The notes under the pieces are model-generated. The model was given only the letters and a program-made list of their open reading frames with translations. It made no database searches and had not been told where the DNA came from. This document shows positions 60,575-64,000 of a stretch of DNA of 64,000 bases, in pieces (the stretch's first letter is position 1; each line of letters starts with the position of its first letter). The position numbers were made by a program, and so were the translations under genes. Source of the DNA: Mobula hypostoma (lineage: Eukaryota); assembly GCF_963921235.1 (NCBI RefSeq), contig NC_086097.1:7440001-7504000 (forward strand), written 5' to 3'.

Positions 60575-61255
60575 TTCAAAGTTCGATAAGCTCAAAGTAA
60601 ATTTTTTATCAAAATACAGATTTGTCACCATATACAACCCTGAGATTCATTGTCTTGTGTGCATACTCAATAAATCCATAGAATAATAACCAGAATAGAT
60701 CCAATGCATCAACTTGGGCATTCAACCAGTGTGCAAAAACACAAAGAAAGAAGTAATAATAATAATAATAAATGAGTAAGCAATAAATATCAAGACCATA
60801 AGGTGAAGAGTCCTTGAAAGTGAGTTCCATAGATTGTGGAAGCATTTCAATAATAGGGTGACTGAAGTTATCTGTTATGTTTTGCAACTTCAGTATTATT
60901 CAAATATAATTGAAATAATACATAAAAAACTTATTCCCTCTGGTTCAAGAGTTGATGGTTGAGGGTAATAACTATTCCTGAGACTGGCAGTGTGAGTGAG
61001 TCCTGAGGCTCCTGTACCTTCTTCTTGATGGCACTGGCCAGAAGAGAGCAAGGCCCAGGTAGTGGGTGACCCTGATGATGGATGCTGCTTTCCTATGACA
61101 GTATTTCATGTAGATGAGCTCAATGGTTGGGAGGGCTTTACTCATGATGGACTGGGCCGTATCCACTACTTTTTGTAGGATTTTCCATTCAAGGACATTG
61201 GTGTTTCCATACCAGGCCATAATGCAGCTAGTCAATATACCCCCCACTGCACACT
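60575..61255 (-). mobile_element. Rex1/Babar-like LINE 3' part
   Basis: GILTSCIMAWYGN..LQKVVDTAQSI..CHRKAASII. Confidence 0.85.
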
Positions 61256-62237
61256 TTTTGGAGTCTGTTGTTGGAAACAAGACTGGAAACCTAATCAGGT
61301 GGTATAATGATCACATGCACCACAGGACAGAAACTCTTTTAAAAAAAACTTAATTAAAAAACATCAGGCACTTGATAAATCAATCGAAAAGGGACCAGTC
61401 TCTTCCTATGTTCCTTGTGCATCTAAGGCATTAATGCACACAGCCGCCTAGCTGTGTGTTATACTATCCAATGGCATTGCAGCATATGCCCAGGTCCCAG
61501 TTCTGTGGTTTCCATGGACATACACATGGACCGTAGATAGAGTGGGTTATTTTTGCAAGAACAGGTCAATGCTGTATACGTGAATCCTTGATTGTCACCA
61601 TGTTGATTCCAGACCATGGATTCAAGTTCTGGATGCCAGCTTCAAGTACGCTTATTTAATAGAAATCTTCTCCCATAGGCCTCCAAACTTGATCCCTGCC
61701 AATGTACATCTTTGCATCTTCCAATGCAATTGAGATTCAGCCTTCTACATGAATCCTATTAATAACCCTTCTGCCCTGATTTTCCCCCATTTCAAAGATC
61801 CAATGTAATGATATCCTGTCCTACCCTGAATGATGTCACCCTTCATCCAAAACTCTTGTCCGTGATTCCATTTCTGAGACCAATGAACCAGATCTGTGAC
61901 TTGTCTGTTCACTGTCTACAGTGGTGAGCATGTGTAGGGAAGTGCATTCATAATCTGAAGTGGGCATGAACTCTTCTACCCTGTGAGGTCTTGATAAGTC
62001 TGACTTAGGCTCTCTGACTTAATACAGGTGAGGTAGAATTTGCGGGCTGTCAATACAACCACTGCTAACTGGTAAATCACTGGGACTCTCTGTCACAAAG
62101 AACTGTGAACCTTGGAGTCCTGGAGGCAGTTTCTGAGGAAGTGGATACATGTTGAAGATTGAAATTAGAGAACCATGGGGAACTGTCACAAAAGGGGATT
62201 TGAGGCCTAGGGAAGATCAGTCATGAATGTATTGCAT

Positions 62238-62745
62238 CATAGAGGGAGTACAAAGAAGGTTCACCAGATTAATTCCTGGGATGGCAGGACTTTCATGTGA
62301 TGAAAGACTGGATCGACTAGGCTTGTACTCTCTGGAATTTAGAAGATTGAGGGGGATCTGATTGAAACGTATAAAATTCTAAAGGGATTGGACAGGCTAG
62401 ATGCAGGAAGATTGTTCCCGATGTTGGGGAAGTCCAGAACGAGGGGTCACAGTTTGAGGATAGAGGGGAAGCCTTTCAGGACCGAGATGAGGAGAAACTT
62501 CACAAAGAGAGTGGTGAATCTGTGGAATTCTCTGCCACAGGAAACAGTTGAGGCCAGTTCACTGGCTATATTTAAGAGGGAGTTAGATACGGCCCTTGTG
62601 GCTAAAGGGATCAGTGGGTATGGAGGGAAGGCTGGTACAGGGTTCTGAGTTGGATGATCAGCCATGATCATACTGAATGGCGGTGCAGACTCAAAGGGCC
62701 AAATGGCCTACTCCTGCACCTATGTTCTTTGTTTGTATGTTTCTA
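62238..62745 (+). mobile_element. CR1 LINE 3' end, same subfamily as 53924-55200
   Basis: DRLDAGRLFPMLGKSRTRGHSLRIEGKPFRTE..GYGGKAGTGF, nearly the same as the C-terminus of ORF 54021-55154. Confidence 0.93.
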
Positions 62746-63574
62746 TTACAATTATGCTTATGTTGAATTTTGGGTTAGATTGTATCAGTCCATCACAGAA
62801 AATGCCCACCCCACCATTCAGCACAACTACAAGGAGAACTGCCACAGGAAAGCAGCATCCATCAAGGAACCCACCATCCAGGCCATGCTCTCTTCTCACT
62901 GCGGCCAGTGGGATGGAGGTACAGGCGCTTAGGTCCCACACCACCAGGTTCTTGAACAGTCATCAGTCTCCTGAACCAGTGTGGATAACTTCACTCACCT
63001 CAACAATGAACTGATTCCACAACTATCAAGGGCTCGACAACTCATGTTCTCGGTATTATTTATTTATTTTTGTATTTATTCATTTGTTATTTATTTATGA
63101 TTGTATTTACATGGCTTGTCTTCTTTTGCACCTTGGTTGTTTGTCAGTCTGTGTGTAGTTTTTCATTGATTCTATTATATTATTTTTTGTTCTCCTCTGA
63201 ATACCCATAAGGACATGAATCTCAGGGTGGCATGCAGTATAAGTTAGTTAGGGCTTTATTGTCATTGCTGAGCACAGCGAGATTGCAGTGTTACTCCATT
63301 CAGTGCAAAGCAGCATGCTGGCAATTCAATTACTGTACTAAAAGCCCAATTCTAACTTTAAAGTTTCATCTGAGTTCTTTCAAATGACAGCTAAGTTACA
63401 AGTGAATTAAAAATAAGCATCTGTAAAATTAAAAGAAACAGTGGCTGCCCCATTCAAGTATTGCACATGCCTGTGTTATCAAATACAATGATTAAATATA
63501 AAATAGCATCAATAATTATGCCCATGTATTGCACTTAGAGATTGTCCATTGTGTCTATGGACTACGGGTGGGTG

Positions 63575-63920
63575 GGGGGGGGGGCGGTCATTGTTCAGTT
63601 GCACGCCAGCCCTGGGTAAAAGCTGTTTTTTTCAGTTTTGATATCTGTGTAGAGATGTTTCGGTATCTCCTGCAGGATGGTAGGAGACTAAACAGATGAT
63701 TACTGGGGTGGGATGAGTCCATCACGATGTTATGAGCCACCATAGACATTGTGAGTTGTGCATGGCTTCCATTCCTGATAGTTGTGCCCCAGTGATGCTC
63801 TGTGCAGTCCTGATCACCGGTTGAATTGCTTTCTGGTTGATCTTGTTGCAGCCCGTGTACCGTACTGTCACGCAATAGGTCAGCATGTTCTCAGTTACAC
63901 ATCAACAAAGGTTTACCTGC
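63575..63920 (-). mobile_element. Rex1/Babar-like LINE 3' fragment
   Basis: AHNIVMDSSHPSNHLFSLLPSCRRYRNI. Confidence 0.75.
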
Positions 63921-64000
63921 AGCTTTGAAAATCAATTAACTTTGAACTTTGAACCAAGAGACCAAAGAGCCTGCACTTGTTTCTGTGCTTTTTGTGCTGA

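Overview
This is non-coding eukaryotic (vertebrate) genomic DNA, intergenic or intronic, and mostly nested transposon remnants. The repeat mix points to a cartilaginous fish, probably a ray; this is an inference from HER1-like CR1 LINEs with short-repeat tails, HE1/V-type tRNA-SINEs, Rex1/Babar-like LINEs, Penelope-like elements (PLE), RTE-derived SINEs, Tc1, pogo/Tigger, hAT and Gypsy remnants. I recognised no host protein-coding exon. Nearly all ORFs in the track are pieces of retroelement or transposase genes or antisense noise. The only long clean ORF (54021-55154, minus strand) is the RT C-terminal half of a young, 5'-truncated CR1. The most notable signal is RNA structure that the ORF track cannot show. 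(1) About 13 copies of a minimal type-I hammerhead ribozyme motif sit in PLE pseudo-LTRs, one of them intact at 37353-37390 (minus). (2) Several miniature fold-back PLE derivatives have 12-15 bp target-site duplications (TSDs); three keep a hammerhead remnant on each arm, the best at 18524-18818. (3) A second PLE-type family has a TATA box exactly 46 nt upstream of the hammerhead core in both copies. (4) An RTE-derived non-autonomous element carries an HDV-like ribozyme fold at its 5' end, with an unusual hairpin inserted in L3 (9863-10049). All folds and alignments were done by eye, and repeat boundaries are approximate unless a TSD or terminal inverted repeat (TIR) is quoted.
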